Assembly: GCA_965371575.1 (NCBI GenBank)
Contig: CBDUYZ010000002.1
Location: forward strand, 1 to 42,193
Reading direction: 5' to 3'
From: an uncultured bacterium
Lineage (GTDB): Bacteria > Krumholzibacteriota > Krumholzibacteriia > LZORAL124-64-63
DNA length: 42,193 nt
The notes beneath the pieces were generated by a model that saw only the letters and a program-made list of their open reading frames with translations, searched no databases and was not told where the DNA came from. The position numbers and the translations under genes were made by a program. Position 1 is the stretch's first letter. Each line of letters begins with the position of its first letter. Positions 18,965 through 28,067 of this stretch are shown piece after piece.

Positions 18965-19006
18965 AGCCCGGAAAGAGCGTTTTTCGTTCTTTCCGGGCTC
19001 TTTTTC
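18965..19006 (+). terminator. Rho-independent terminator after accB
   Basis: A 12-bp perfect stem, AGCCCGGAAAGA (18965..18976) with TCTTTCCGGGCT (18988..18999), has an 11-nt loop. CTTTTTCT follows. Confidence 0.8.
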
Positions 19007-19082
19007 TGTCTCGTCGCTCCTGAATTCGCTGTTCAAGTGGGCCGAAATATTGCCGATGTTCAGGAGTGGAACGAAGGCCTAA

Positions 19083-19108
19083 CCCGGATTATTCATGAAT
19101 AATCCGGG
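19083..19108. repeat. Perfect 26-bp palindrome CCCGGATTATTCA|TGAATAATCCGGG; candidate operator 58 nt upstream of pilT
   Basis: Read directly: the two 13-nt halves are exact reverse complements with no spacer. The core is AT-rich and clamped by CCCGG/CCGGG. No T-tract follows, so it is not a typical terminator. Confidence 0.6.
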
Positions 19109-19166
19109 CTAACGACCGAGCCGACGCCGGTTTGTGGGATGGAACCCGTAACAGGAGAATCCATAA

Positions 19167-20306
19167 ATGGATATCAAGAAGATCCTCAATGAAATGATCT
19201 CCAGGGGCGCGAGTGATCTCCACTTGAAAGTGGCGTCGCCACCCGTTTACAGAATCAACGGCACGCTGGTTTACACCGATTATGATGCTCCCTCCGTGCA
19301 GGACATGACGGAGGTGGCCCAGCAGATCCTGTCGCCCAGTCAGCGTGAGGTCTTCGAGGGCACCCGGGAAATCGATTTCGCCTTCGGCGTGCCGGGCGTT
19401 GCCCGGTTCCGGGCCAATTTCTACGTTCAGCGCGGCAGTGTGGCCATGGTCTTCCGCCATGTGCCTGTGGAGATCAAGACCACTGACGAACTGGGCCTGC
19501 CCGAAGTGGTCAAGGAACTGGCAGTCCGACCGCGGGGAATGATTCTGGTGACCGGCACCGTCGGCAGCGGCAAGTCGACCACTTTGGCTTCCATCGTGGA
19601 TATCATCAACCGTGACTGTTCCCGGCACGTGATTACCATCGAGGATCCCATCGAATTTCTGCACCGCGACCAGAAGAGCATTATAAGCCAACGTGAAATC
19701 GGTTGCGACACAGGGAGTTATGCTGACGCCTTGAGGCATGTTCTCAGACAAGACCCGGACGTGATCCTCATCGGTGAGATTCGGGATGCCGAGTCGATGA
19801 AAATCGCCCTGACCGCGGCGGACACGGGCCATCTGGTTCTGAGCACCATGCATACCATCGACTCCACCCAGACGATAAGTCGTATCATCTCCTTCTTCCC
19901 GCCCCACCAGCACCAGGAGATCCGTTACCTGCTGGCTTCGACCATGCAGGCGGTCATTTCCCAGCGGTTGGTGACCGACGCCGACGGCCTGACCCGATAT
20001 CCGGCCTGCGAGATCTTGATTGCCACCGGTACCATTCGCGAGTACATCCGCGATGCGGAAAAGACCGTGATGATACGTCAGGCGATTCAGGAGGGCTTTA
20101 TCCAGTACCAGATGCAGACCTTCGACCAGGCCCTGATGCAGTTGTACAAGGAGAAGAAAATCACCATCGAGGTGGCGACCAAGGCCAGCAGCAATCCCCA
20201 CGAGTTCATGCTCCGGGTCAAGGGCATCCAGGCCAGCAGCGACAATACCTGGGATCGTTTCGAGGAATCGAGCAGTGAGACGAAGGAGGAAGTCCAGACC
20301 ATCTGA
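19167..20306 (+). CDS. pilT: Type IV pilus retraction ATPase PilT (twitching motility)
   Basis: The ATG follows AGGAGA. Motifs: ASDLHLKVASPPVYRINGTL, Walker A GTVGSGKSTT, Walker B DPDVILIGEIRD, His box GHLVLSTMHT, and the PilT-type GTIREYIRD motif. Confidence 0.92.
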   Translation: MDIKKILNEMISRGASDLHLKVASPPVYRINGTLVYTDYDAPSVQDMTEVAQQILSPSQREVFEGTREIDFAFGVPGVARFRANFYVQRGSVAMVFRHVPVEIKTTDELGLPEVVKELAVRPRGMILVTGTVGSGKSTTLASIVDIINRDCSRHVITIEDPIEFLHRDQKSIISQREIGCDTGSYADALRHVLRQDPDVILIGEIRDAESMKIALTAADTGHLVLSTMHTIDSTQTISRIISFFPPHQHQEIRYLLASTMQAVISQRLVTDADGLTRYPACEILIATGTIREYIRDAEKTVMIRQAIQEGFIQYQMQTFDQALMQLYKEKKITIEVATKASSNPHEFMLRVKGIQASSDNTWDRFEESSSETKEEVQTI

Positions 20307-20331
20307 CAGTCGTCTATCAGCTGCGGAATCG

Positions 20332-20365
20332 GAAAATGGCCTGCCGGGGGGCCATTTTCTCTTGC
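20332..20365 (+). terminator. Rho-independent terminator after pilT
   Basis: A 10-bp stem, GAAAATGGCC (20332..20341) with GGCCATTTTC (20350..20359), has the 8-nt loop TGCCGGGG. The U-rich run TTTTCTCTT follows. Confidence 0.65.
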
Positions 20366-20499
20366 CATCAGGGCCCGGGAACCCCAAAATAAAGCACTCG
20401 AAACGAAAAGTCCCCCTTAACTGGTTGGGGACCGCATTGCGGTGCACCCCAACTGGTCAGGTGTGATGATTTGCGTGTCTTTCCTACAGGAAGTTCTGC

Positions 20500-21853
<1,354 letters not shown>

Positions 21854-21882
<29 letters not shown>

Positions 21883-24250
21883 AAAGCAGGGGACACGCCC
21901 CTGGTACGAGGCGGCATGGTTGACAGGCCTTCTCCTGCTGGCTGTCGCCGTTTATTGCGGCCTGGCTCTGACCGGTGATCCCGGGTCCTGGTGGGGTGTT
22001 CTGGGTGGCCGGGGCGCCGGCGATCCACTGGCTCTCGAAAACCCCGGCGGTCCCGTGGGTTCACTTCTCAACGTGGCCCTGCATCTGGTGTTCGGCAGCC
22101 TGTGGTGCTGGACGATTCCTCTCCTGCTTGCGGTGGTGGGGATCGGTTTCCTGGCAGGACGCCAGCGAAACCTCAGCCCGTGGGTTCTGCGCACCGTTCC
22201 TTTCTGGCTCGTGACCTCCGCGTGGATCGCCCAGCCGGGGGGAGTCTTCACCGAGGAGACCGGCACCCGGCTGGGTGGTATCGTCGGGGTCTTTCTGGCC
22301 CGGGGATTCCATGCCCTGTTCGGGCTGTGGGGTGGCCGCATCTTCCTGACTCTCTTCCTGCTCGTGGCGGCGATCCTGGTCCTGAAACCCTGGCTAGGCG
22401 GCTTGACGGGCGCGGTGTCCGGGCTGGGCAGGGGGTTGGGAATCATTTCCCGCGGTCTGCTGGATATCGTGAGTTGGCCCGTGGCCGTGATCGCCGGTTT
22501 GGGCCGGTGGTTGGCTGGCCTGGTTGCCCGACCGTTGGGGGCTCGGGGCGATGATCCGGCGGTCTTTGCTGTTGCCAATTCCGAAGAAGACGACGGGGAA
22601 GCGGATGGTACTACACCCGGGACCAAGGAAAGGATCCTGCACCAGGCACCGAATTCCGTGTCCCAGCCTGGCGAGAACCTGCCAAAGGAGATTCTTGAGG
22701 AACGGGTTCTGCCCGGCGCCGCCGGAGAATTCGCGGGCGAGGGCCTCGTGTCCGGGGATGTCCCCCCGCGGTCCAAGCCTCGCAAAAAGCCCAGAAAGAA
22801 AGTCGGTCCCATCGCCTTGCCGGGTCTGGACCTCCTGACTCCGGCCGGCCCGGAGGGACAAACGGTATCGGCCTCCGAATTGGATAAGGCCGCCGACCTC
22901 CTGGAAGAAACCCTGCGTTCCTTCGGCGTGGAGGGCGAGGTCAAGGACGTCAGGCCGGGTCCCGTGGTCACGACCTTCGAGTACCAGCCCGGCCCCGGGA
23001 TCCGGGTGAACCAGATCGTTCAGCGGAGCGATGACCTGGCTCTGGCCATGCGCGCCCGGTCCATCCGCATGGAAGCTCCCATTCCCGGCAAAGCGGCTGT
23101 CGGCATCGAAATTCCCAACCCCACCGCCCGTATGGTCCGTCTGAGGGAGGTGCTGGAACTGACCGGGACCCTGAAACGCGGTCCGCTGTCGGTCGTGCTG
23201 GGCCAGGACGTGGTGGGCCGGCCCGTGAGCATCGATATCGCAGCGTTGCCCCACCTGCTGGTGGCCGGATCGACCGGCAGCGGCAAGTCGGTCTGTCTGA
23301 ACGCCATCATCTGCAACCTGATCATGCGCAACGATCCGGCGAACCTGCGCATGATTCTCATTGACCCCAAGATGCTGGAAATGAACGTCTACAACGGAAT
23401 CCCCCACTTGCTGCTGCCGGTGGTCACCGATCCGCGCGAGGCTCTCAAGGCCATGCAGTGGCTGGTGGCCCAGATGGAATTCCGCTACCGTCAGTTGGCC
23501 AAGTGTTCGGTCCGCAACATCCAGCAATACAACGAGAAGGTGGCCAAGGGGGAGGTCCTCGACGCGGATGGTGAAACCGTCACCGAACCCATGCCCTTTT
23601 TCCTGACCATCGTCGATGAACTGGCCGACCTCATGATCCAGCTCGGCAACGACATCGAAGGGCCGATCACGCGGCTGGCGCAGAAGGCGCGTGCCGTGGG
23701 CATTCATCTCATCCTGGCAACCCAGAGGCCCAGCGTCGACGTGCTGACCGGTGTGATCAAGGCCAACATTCCCTGCCGCATCGCCTTCCGCGTGATCCAG
23801 AAAAACGACTCGCGCACGGTGCTGGACATGAACGGCGCCGAACAGCTGCTCGGCCACGGGGATATGCTCTACCTGCAGCCCGGACGAGCTCTGCCGGTGC
23901 GCGTGCACGGATCCTTTATCGACGTCGACGAGTGCGAGGCCATTGCCGCGCATTGGCGTATGTTCGAGGGGGCGACCGAGGAGATCAGTCTCCAAGAGAA
24001 TCCCGCCGGTGGAGGTATGGTCACCGGCGAGGACGATCTGTTCGAGAATGCACGACAGGTCGTGGTTCTGCACCAGAGTGGGTCGACTTCCCTGCTGCAG
24101 CGCCGGCTGCGTATAGGTTACACCCGGGCAGGGCGTTTGATGGACATGCTCGAGGAAGCCGGCGTGGTGGGGCCGTTCACGGGCAGCAAGGCGCGGGACG
24201 TCCTGATCAAACCCGAGAACCTGCCGAGCATGGACGAGGGACGGGCTTGA
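21854..24250 (+). CDS. ftsK: DNA translocase FtsK
   Basis: The GTG at 21854 lies 5 nt after AGGAGGG and overlaps the accC end by 29 nt. The protein has N-terminal TM helices and a Pro/charged linker. Walker A is GSTGSGKSV and Walker B is TIVDELADL. The gamma wHTH is [29 protein letters not shown]. Confidence 0.93.
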
Positions 24251-25716
24251 TGAAACGGATTTTTTGCGCCACCCTCGGTTGCGACAAGAACCTGGTCGAC
24301 TCCGAGGCGCTTCTGGGGCGGTTTGCCTTGAAGGGCGTCCAGCCCGTCTCGGATCCCGGCGCGGCGGATATCTGGGTGCTCAACACCTGCGGTTTCATCG
24401 CTGCTGCCCGCAGCGACAGCGAGGAGACCCTGCAGGCCCTGGTAGACAGCAAGGAGGACAGGACACTGGTGGTCTGCGGCTGCTGGTCGCAGGAGCACGG
24501 CGACGAGATCCAGCGTCGTTTTCCCGAGGTGGACGTGGTTGCCGGCGTGGGTCAGTTCGACCGGGTCGTGGCAGCCTGTATCGGTGGTAATGCGTCTTCC
24601 AGTGCGTTGTCTCCCCCCGCTCCCCAGACCGTTCCCCTGCCGGGCCCGCCCATCGTCGATGATCCCATGACCGTCAACTACACCGGTCTGTTGGGACGGC
24701 CCCTGTTGACTCCGGCCCACCTGGCCTTCGTCAAGATCGGCGAAGGCTGCAATTGCAACTGCACCTTCTGTCGGATTCCCCTGATCCGTGGTAAACAACG
24801 CAGCCGTTCCGTGGCGGAGATCGTGACGGAAGTGCGGGAACTCGTGGACCGGGGGGTGACGGAAATCCAACTGGTCTCGCAGAACACGAGCGATTTCGGG
24901 CGTGACACCGGCCAAAGTCTCCTGGATCTGGTCCGGACCCTGGACCAGGTGGATGGTCTGCGTCGTATGCGGTTGCTGTATCTGTATGCCGGCCTGGTGT
25001 CGGTAGGCGACATACGCCGATTGCTGGAACTGGAAAAATTGGCTCCCTACCTCGATATTCCTATCCAGCACGCTTCACCCCGGATCCTCAAAGCGATGCG
25101 CCGCCCCGGGGGCTTCACGGCCACGCCGGCTTTTTTCGGGGCTCTGCGGGCGGACCGGCCCGATCTGGTCCTTAGGTCCACGGCTCTGCTCGGCTTTCCC
25201 GGAGAAGAAGAGGATGACGTGGTCCTCTTGGCCGATTTCCTGGCCGAAGTGGAATTCGATCACCTCGGCACCTACCAGTTCTCACTCGAGCAGGGGACTC
25301 CGTCGGCGGAGATGCCCGACCGGGTTCCGGACGAGGTCAGCCATGATCGTGAGGCCTTGATCATGGATCTGCAGGCCGAGATTTCCCTGCGGCGTCAACA
25401 GGCCAGGCTTGGCCAGACCTTCAGTGTGGTGGTGGACGAGTTGGTACGGCCTGGCACCGAGAACGCCGAGGAGACCGGGCGTATCCTGGAATCATTTCAG
25501 GACGGCGTCTGGGCCGACGGGGTGGAACGCGAAGGGCCGACCGGTGTAATGAGATCGGGAGTTTCCCTCGCCCTGTGTCGGAGTTATCATTTCGGCTACG
25601 ACCTGGACGGAATCGTGGTCATGCCCGCCGGCAAACTCCAGCCAGGTCAATGGATCGACGCTGAGTTCAGGGCGGTCACCGCTTTCGATGTTTGGGCAGT
25701 TGGTCCGGATTGTTAA
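24250..25716 (+). CDS. rimO: Ribosomal protein S12 methylthiotransferase RimO (radical SAM MTTase)
   Basis: Lies within ORF 23932..25716. The ATG at 24250 forms a TGATG overlap with the ftsK stop. Motifs: [31 protein letters not shown], and the radical-SAM cluster GEGCNCNCTFC. It ends in a C-terminal TRAM-like region. Confidence 0.88.
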   Translation: MKRIFCATLGCDKNLVDSEALLGRFALKGVQPVSDPGAADIWVLNTCGFIAAARSDSEETLQALVDSKEDRTLVVCGCWSQEHGDEIQRRFPEVDVVAGVGQFDRVVAACIGGNASSSALSPPAPQTVPLPGPPIVDDPMTVNYTGLLGRPLLTPAHLAFVKIGEGCNCNCTFCRIPLIRGKQRSRSVAEIVTEVRELVDRGVTEIQLVSQNTSDFGRDTGQSLLDLVRTLDQVDGLRRMRLLYLYAGLVSVGDIRRLLELEKLAPYLDIPIQHASPRILKAMRRPGGFTATPAFFGALRADRPDLVLRSTALLGFPGEEEDDVVLLADFLAEVEFDHLGTYQFSLEQGTPSAEMPDRVPDEVSHDREALIMDLQAEISLRRQQARLGQTFSVVVDELVRPGTENAEETGRILESFQDGVWADGVEREGPTGVMRSGVSLALCRSYHFGYDLDGIVVMPAGKLQPGQWIDAEFRAVTAFDVWAVGPDC

Positions 25717-25869
25717 TGTAATCGTCTTGGCCGGATTGCGAAGCGATGGCTGCTCGCTACGTTCCCGGCGCTTCGCGGTGACAACATTCCGGGCCGGGTT
25801 TTGACGTCATTCCCTGCGAACGGGTGGAGACTTTCCGCTGGCGGCGGCAAGAAAGGGATTTCGGACCAA

Positions 25870-26574
25870 ATGTACAGGAAATCCGCATCGACGATTGTTG
25901 TTCTAGCGCTGACGACGGTGTTGTTTGTAACCGGTACGGTAGGGGCTCGCGCCGGTGAAGAACCTATTGGAACCGCACCCGTTCAATTGCCGGAACTGGC
26001 TGAAGCCGACACCGTCCGCACCAACCTTTGGCTCACCGAAGCCCTGATGGGGGAGATCGTAACGGCCGCCACCTCCTCACTGCCTTTCGCGCCCGGGGCC
26101 GTGCTTCTGGTAGACCAGGGCGGCAGCGAGCAGGATGAGCTGTTCGGGGTCGTGGCCGCGGGTATCCTGAGCAGCCGTGGCTACGATCTGTTCGTGATCG
26201 CCGGTGATTCCACGGTCCAGGCGCCGGTGGATTTCGTTTTTTCGTATGAAGTCGTGGGTGTGGAACTGGCCTATCCCGCTGTCGGCCGCACTCTCGGTAT
26301 CTGGCGGCGTTGGGTGGCCCGGGACGTGGCTGTATCGGTCTCGGTGGAGGTGTCCGTCGCATCATCCGGCCAACTGCTGTTCAAGGACAACGTCGAACGC
26401 CGCTTCAGCGACCGGGTGGACAACGATGCCTTCAAGGACGTCGAATCCGATCTCTATGAATTCACCACCGCCGAAACGGCGTCCAGCGGTTGGCAAGGTC
26501 GGATGGAGACGGTCGTCGTTTTGGGCACGCTGGTCGGACTGATCGCCATCTATTTCGCCAATACAGGCAGCTGA
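25870..26574 (+). CDS. Hypothetical envelope protein: N-terminal signal peptide and C-terminal hydrophobic anchor
   Basis: Lies within ORF 25801..26574, starting at ATG 25870. The N-terminus is signal-like (MYRKSASTIVVLALTTVLFVTGTVGARAGEE). The C-terminal TM-like segment is VVVLGTLVGLIAIYFANTGS. I recognise no family motif. The stop lies 38 nt upstream of bamD. Confidence 0.55.
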   Translation: MYRKSASTIVVLALTTVLFVTGTVGARAGEEPIGTAPVQLPELAEADTVRTNLWLTEALMGEIVTAATSSLPFAPGAVLLVDQGGSEQDELFGVVAAGILSSRGYDLFVIAGDSTVQAPVDFVFSYEVVGVELAYPAVGRTLGIWRRWVARDVAVSVSVEVSVASSGQLLFKDNVERRFSDRVDNDAFKDVESDLYEFTTAETASSGWQGRMETVVVLGTLVGLIAIYFANTGS

Positions 26575-26612
26575 TCAGGCCCCTCTGGTGTGGACCTTTC
26601 TGGGAGGATTTC

Positions 26613-27407
26613 GTGTTCAAATTTGGAATGGTCACACGCTTGCCGGTCGGATCCTGGACCAGCGTGGCGGTCCTGCTCTGTGTTCTGTCGGGACTGGCCG
26701 GTTGTGGAGCGAGCAATCCGCATCCGGTGGGCAGTTACGAGCGGGGCGTATTTTTCGCCGACCAGGGTAAGGATATCGAAGCGGTGGCCGCCCTGGAATC
26801 CTATATCAGAAAGAATCCCACCGACAGCCTGACCGCGGAAGCCCAGTACCTCAAGGGTATGACCTACATGGTGATGGGGGAGTACCCCTTGGCCGCGGTC
26901 GAATTCCAGATCCTGCGCAAGGACTACCCGATCAGCGGCCGTGTCGAGGACGCCCTCTTTCAGGAGGGGGTGGCCTATCTCGAGCAGGTCGGCCGGGTCG
27001 AACGCGACATCACCGGCGCCTATGAAGCCAGGCTCCACTTCATGAAATTCAGTCAGGAGTATCCCAATTCCCCACGTATGCCGGAGGTCGTCGCGTACAT
27101 GGAGGAGATTTCCGATCTGATGGTCCGTAAAAGGCTGGAGCAGATCAAGATCTACAAGCAGTTGCACCGCTACGAGGCGGTAGCCATTACTCTCGACGGC
27201 GTCCTGACCGAGGAAGCGGGGAGTTCCCTCATTCCGGACGTGCTCTGGGAACGGGCACGGGTGGCCGGGAAGTTGGATGATCCGGATACGGCTGAAAGTA
27301 TGTACCAGCGGCTGGTCACTGAATTTCCCGACAGTCGCTACGCCGACCGGGCGGGAAAGGCCCTACGGGCTCTCGCTGACGAGGAAGACGACGAGGACGG
27401 GGACTGA
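26613..27407 (+). CDS. bamD: Outer-membrane protein assembly factor BamD (TPR lipoprotein, YfiO family)
   Basis: Lies within ORF 26490..27407. The GTG at 26613 lies 5 nt after GGGAGGA; the ATG at 26628 is possible. The lipobox is VLSGLAGC. BamD-like TPR blocks are AQYLKGMTYMVMGEYPLAAVEFQILRKDYP and YEARLHFMKFSQEYPNSPRMPEV. It has an acidic tail. Confidence 0.85.
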   Translation: MFKFGMVTRLPVGSWTSVAVLLCVLSGLAGCGASNPHPVGSYERGVFFADQGKDIEAVAALESYIRKNPTDSLTAEAQYLKGMTYMVMGEYPLAAVEFQILRKDYPISGRVEDALFQEGVAYLEQVGRVERDITGAYEARLHFMKFSQEYPNSPRMPEVVAYMEEISDLMVRKRLEQIKIYKQLHRYEAVAITLDGVLTEEAGSSLIPDVLWERARVAGKLDDPDTAESMYQRLVTEFPDSRYADRAGKALRALADEEDDEDGD

Positions 27408-27997
27408 TGCGGCGGGCCGTTCTGGGTGGGTCTTTCGATCCTGTCCATCTTGGCCATCTTGCCATGGCCGAACACATCCTGGACCAGGACCTGGCGGAAT
27501 TACTGATGATCGTGCCCGCCTGGCGGTCTCCCCACAAATTCAAATATTCAGCCGAGCCGGCCCATCGTCTGGCCATGGTGCGGTTGGCGTTCAGGGATCT
27601 GAAAGCGGTTGTGGTGGATGACCGCGAGATCGCCAGGGGGCGGGTTTCCTTCACCGTGGAAACCCTGGAGGAATTGGCCCGCGAGTTTCCCGCCGATCGT
27701 CTGCGCCTGATCATCGGGGAAGACAACCTGGCCGGTTTTTCCAGCTGGCGTTCGCCGGGGCGGATCCAGGTCCTCTCTGATATCGTCGTCTATCCCCGTG
27801 ACGGCATCGCGCCGACTCCCGCAGCCATCCAGGGCGCCGGACTTGATCCGGGCCGGGTCAGTCCCGTTACCGATTTCGACCATCCCGTGTCATCCACGAC
27901 GGTCCGTGCTATGTTGGGCCGGGGGATTCTGCCGGAAGAACAGTTGCCTCCGGGGGTGGCCGAGTATATCGCCGCCAATCAACTCTATATGGGATGA
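27407..27997 (+). CDS. nadD: Nicotinate-nucleotide adenylyltransferase
   Basis: TGATG overlap with bamD. Motifs: GGSFDPVHLGHLAMAE ((H/T)xGH motif) and VSSTTVRAML. Confidence 0.9.
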   Translation: MRRAVLGGSFDPVHLGHLAMAEHILDQDLAELLMIVPAWRSPHKFKYSAEPAHRLAMVRLAFRDLKAVVVDDREIARGRVSFTVETLEELAREFPADRLRLIIGEDNLAGFSSWRSPGRIQVLSDIVVYPRDGIAPTPAAIQGAGLDPGRVSPVTDFDHPVSSTTVRAMLGRGILPEEQLPPGVAEYIAANQLYMG

Positions 27998-28067
27998 GAC
28001 CCTGCAACGGTTTCGGCGGTGCATGGGTCTGCCGACATCTTGTCCCGGCCGGTGAAAGGCATAGATT

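Noticed and set aside
22500-22850. Low-complexity Pro/Gly/Ala/charged coding stretches: the FtsK linker, the PolA inter-domain linker near 28930..29030, and the GT9 paralog 1 tail at 6150..6259.
   Set aside because: These are in-frame disordered linkers or tails typical of these proteins. They are not nucleotide tandem repeats, CRISPR arrays or mobile-element scars.
25738-25776. 8-bp inverted repeat GCGAAGCG ... CGCTTCGC with a 23-nt loop after rimO.
   Set aside because: The loop is long and there is no T-tract, so it is not a credible intrinsic terminator. No second copy occurs elsewhere in the window.
27997-28030. Bulged hairpin AGACCCTGCA ... TGCA-T-GGGTCT between nadD and polA.
   Set aside because: No U-tract follows, and the gap is only 70 nt with polA immediately downstream. 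It is probably incidental or a minor processing or attenuation structure, with no further support.
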